DNA of 24,000 bases, taken from the NCBI GenBank assembly GCA_003662995.1, contig QMZC01000008.1, positions 16,197 through 40,196 on the forward strand. The letters are read 5' to 3'. Position numbers and translations under genes: made by a program. Below, piece by piece: positions 21,619-24,000 of this stretch. This stretch comes from Archaeoglobales archaeon. Its GTDB lineage: Archaea; Halobacteriota; Archaeoglobi; Archaeoglobales; Archaeoglobaceae. Every line of letters begins with the position of its first letter. Position 1 is the first letter of the stretch. Under the pieces are notes generated by a model. That model was not told where the DNA came from. It was given only the letters and a program-made list of their open reading frames with translations, and did not search any database.

Positions 21619-24000
21619 ATGATAAATGCAGAGAAAATGGAAGTAAAGGGTAAGAAGGCAAGAAACTCAAAGAGCAAAGATAAACGGATATCCGAATTGG
21701 AAGACGAGGTCAATAGATTAAACGCTCTTCTGAATGAAAAAGAAAAGGAGATTCAAAGGGAGAAGGAGGTTGTTGAGCAGGCATACAAGTTTATGGAGTT
21801 GCTTGCAAGAAACATGCCCCCACCGGTGTACTTCTTGTACACTGACAAAGACGGAAAAATCAGGTATGCAAATGATGAGCTGGCAAAACTTGCCGGCTAT
21901 AATGATGCGAACGACATAATTGGTAAAAGTCCATCCGAAATCTTTTACGTCAAAGAAGGAAAACTTACTGTAGCAGAGAAGGTCATAAAGACAGGAAAAC
22001 CCGTTTTAAACAGAGAAGTACCAACCAAACTCGTAAATGGTGCGGAAATAGTAGCGTTGGTTTCTTGCGTTCCAATTACAGTCAATGGTGAGGTAATTGG
22101 TTCTCTCGGAGTTTTTACTGATATAACTGAATTAAAGGAGAAAGAGAAAGAGATACGCGAGACCAGCGCAAAAAATGAAGCTATACTCAAAGCTCTACCA
22201 GATGCGGTGTTTGCGGTAGACTCAGACAGGAATGTGATCTACTGGACAGAACAGGCTGAGAAATTGACGGGATATGGTGAAAACGAAGCTTTGAAAATGA
22301 AGGGTTACGAAATATTTGGAACCAATGGAAAATGCAAGGTTTGTGAGGCGGCAATTAGAGCTATGGAAAACAACATAACAGTTGAGAATGTAGAGACGGT
22401 TTTCACAACAAAAAATGGGATTGAAACACCCATATTGGTAAATGCCTCACCTTTGACAGATGCTGATGGAAACATAACCGGAGCTTTAGTCGTTGTCAAG
22501 GATATCACAACTTTGAAGGAGAAGGAGAAGGAAATTGAAGAGGTAATTAATAAGATACCCGTCTCTCTGATTGTTCTCGACAAAGAGCACAAGATTGCAT
22601 ACTGGAACAAAGCGATGGAAGACATGTCAGGATACAAGGCTGAGGAAATGATCGGAACAAAGAGACAGTGGGAGCCGTTTTACGACAACGAAAGACCTAT
22701 TCTGGCTGATATTGTAATGGAAAATCCAGAAGATGCACACAAATACTATACAAATATCAAGAAATCGCACCTCGTTGATGGAGCATTCTTTGCTGAAGGC
22801 TCATTCACATTTAACGGAAAATTGAGGCATCTCAGATTTACAGCAGCTCCGATTTATGGAGCTAAAGGGGAAATCATAGGGGCTGTGGAGACTTTGGAAG
22901 ATGTTACTGATTTGAAAAAGAGAGAAAAAGAGATGCAGAGGATTTTAGATTTTGTTGAAAGATTATTCAAAGAAATGCCATACCCTGCATACGTACTGTT
23001 TGTTGACAAAGATCACAAGATAAGGTACGCAAACAATGAATTGGCAAAACTTGCCGGCTATAATGATGCGAACGACATAATTGGTAAAAGTCCATCTGAA
23101 ATATTCCAAACAGAAGGGACCAGAACGATAGCAGACAAAGTAATAGAATCAGGAGAAGCTGTTTACAACCTGCAAGCTGTAACAAAAACCAAGCACGGGA
23201 AAGAAATCCCTATTTTGGTATCTTGTGTGCCTATACACGATAAAGAAGGGAATCTACTTGGAGTACTTGATTTGTTTACAGACATCTCTGAAATAAAAGA
23301 GAAAGAAAAGGAAATTCAAGAAATGCTTGATTATACTAATCGCTGTCTCGAAAAGATTGGAAAAGCTTTGAAGGAATTGGAAGCTGGGAATCTGGATGTT
23401 AGATTGGAAAAAGAGAAAGATGATGAATTTGGCAAAACGTTCGACACGTTTAACGAATTTTCTGAAAGGCTCAAGGAAATCATAAAAGATGTGACTGAAG
23501 GGATGAAAACTACTGCTGAGGAAGTAAAAGAGGCTAATGAGGCTGTAAATCAAATGAATGCTGGAATGCAGCAGATCTCATCAGCAGCCCAGCAAATTGC
23601 TACTGGATCAGAGAACTTATCGAAGCTCGCTAATGCATCGGCTGCTGATTTAAAATCAGCTGAGGAAATATTTAAAGACTTAAGCGATGCTTCATCAAGG
23701 TCGGCAGATTACGCCTCTCAGGCAGTACATAATTCAGAGGAGGTCAAAGAGAAAGGTGGCGAAGCTCTTAGAAAACTTGAAGTAATTATAAAAGAGGTTG
23801 AAAAAACAGCGGAAATAGTAGATTCATTGAACAATGCAGTAAGAAACATAGGAAAGGTAACGGAGAAAATCAAATCAATAGCAGACCAAACAAACTTACT
23901 AGCATTGAATGCTGCAATAGAAGCTGCCAGAGCAGGAGAACATGGAAGAGGGTTTGCTGTTGTTGCTGATGAGGTTAGGAAGTTGGCTGAGGAGAGCAGA
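21619..24000 (+). CDS. Soluble methyl-accepting chemotaxis protein with four tandem PAS domains, a HAMP-like linker and an MCP signalling domain (3' end beyond the window)
   Basis: ATG 21619 lies 5 nt after GGAGGTG. The frame is open for 794 codons to the window edge. The supplied track lists no ORF in this frame. No TM segment. There are four PAS-like modules. The canonical hairpin-tip sequence [41 protein letters not shown] lies at 23881-24000. Confidence 0.9.
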   Translation, partial: MINAEKMEVKGKKARNSKSKDKRISELEDEVNRLNALLNEKEKEIQREKEVVEQAYKFMELLARNMPPPVYFLYTDKDGKIRYANDELAKLAGYNDANDIIGKSPSEIFYVKEGKLTVAEKVIKTGKPVLNREVPTKLVNGAEIVALVSCVPITVNGEVIGSLGVFTDITELKEKEKEIRETSAKNEAILKALPDAVFAVDSDRNVIYWTEQAEKLTGYGENEALKMKGYEIFGTNGKCKVCEAAIRAMENNITVENVETVFTTKNGIETPILVNASPLTDADGNITGALVVVKDITTLKEKEKEIEEVINKIPVSLIVLDKEHKIAYWNKAMEDMSGYKAEEMIGTKRQWEPFYDNERPILADIVMENPEDAHKYYTNIKKSHLVDGAFFAEGSFTFNGKLRHLRFTAAPIYGAKGEIIGAVETLEDVTDLKKREKEMQRILDFVERLFKEMPYPAYVLFVDKDHKIRYANNELAKLAGYNDANDIIGKSPSEIFQTEGTRTIADKVIESGEAVYNLQAVTKTKHGKEIPILVSCVPIHDKEGNLLGVLDLFTDISEIKEKEKEIQEMLDYTNRCLEKIGKALKELEAGNLDVRLEKEKDDEFGKTFDTFNEFSERLKEIIKDVTEGMKTTAEEVKEANEAVNQMNAGMQQISSAAQQIATGSENLSKLANASAADLKSAEEIFKDLSDASSRSADYASQAVHNSEEVKEKGGEALRKLEVIIKEVEKTAEIVDSLNNAVRNIGKVTEKIKSIADQTNLLALNAAIEAARAGEHGRGFAVVADEVRKLAEESR
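21881..21935 (+). repeat. 55-nt tract identical to 23042-23096 (PAS1 versus PAS4 of the MCP gene)
   Basis: TGGCAAAACTTGCCGGCTATAATGATGCGAACGACATAATTGGTAAAAGTCCATC occurs in both places. The flanks are clearly diverged. Confidence 0.9.
23042..23096 (+). repeat. Second copy of the 55-nt identical tract (see 21881-21935)
   Basis: Exact identity read directly. Identity extends to 61 nt with one mismatch. Confidence 0.9.

Noticed and set aside
21734-23185. Short ORFs 21734-21919 (+), 21945-22190 (-), 22305-22637 (-) and 22967-23185 (-)
   Set aside because: All lie inside the 794-codon open MCP reading frame and are out of frame or antisense. Two of them exist partly because of the 55-nt duplicated tract.
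22117-23316. Regularly spaced (381/399/381 nt) short conserved repeats that could superficially suggest a repeat array
   Set aside because: They are in-frame PAS-linker codons of one continuous ORF. The repeats are imperfect at the DNA level and the spacing is far too long for CRISPR.
1-24000. Search for mobile elements, defence systems, CRISPR arrays, rRNA/tRNA genes and inteins
   Set aside because: No transposase, integrase or nuclease-like ORFs were seen, nor terminal inverted repeats or short regularly spaced direct repeats. No cloverleaf candidates were spotted by eye, but no systematic tRNA scan was run. No intein-like insertions were seen in LonB, FlaI or other ATPases.

Overview
Archaeal chromosome segment. 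It is AT-rich (roughly 40% GC by eye) with TATA-box promoters, GGAGGTG Shine-Dalgarno sites and several TTG/GTG starts. Gene content and protein signatures look like an Archaeoglobales-type hyperthermophilic euryarchaeon.

Layout:
- 1-11.4 kb, housekeeping: membrane-anchored LonB protease, a winged-helix protein with a poly-Glu linker and a Cys4 tail, an Sm-like protein, an NAD-dependent sugar epimerase, an MthK-type K+ channel, a TRAM protein, a LarE-like PP-loop ATPase, the overlapping archaeosine pair tgtA/arcS, and a tungsten-type aldehyde:ferredoxin oxidoreductase coupled to a four-cluster ferredoxin-like protein.
- 11.7-19.9 kb, archaellum operon: flaB1-flaB2-flaD/E-flaG-flaF-flaH-flaI-flaJ, followed by a translationally coupled, uncharacterised membrane-anchored, charge-segregated coiled-coil ORF.
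- 20.0-24.0 kb, accessory motility module: a small divergent winged-helix gene, a stand-alone third archaellin carrying a ~120-residue insertion, and a soluble four-PAS methyl-accepting chemotaxis protein that runs off the right edge.

No rRNA, tRNA, CRISPR array, transposase or integrase was seen.

Best candidates for something undescribed:
1. The post-flaJ ORF, which has FlaX-like architecture.
2. The insertion-bearing archaellin. All its glycosylation sequons have moved into the insert and its leader peptide is atypical.
3. A conserved upstream repeat module (TCCAATTTCA-N7-AATTTCAA ... GTAATTA-N18-TTATATAT) shared by both archaellin promoters, next to a candidate regulator.

All family calls come from motif recognition by eye. 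No searches or computations were run.
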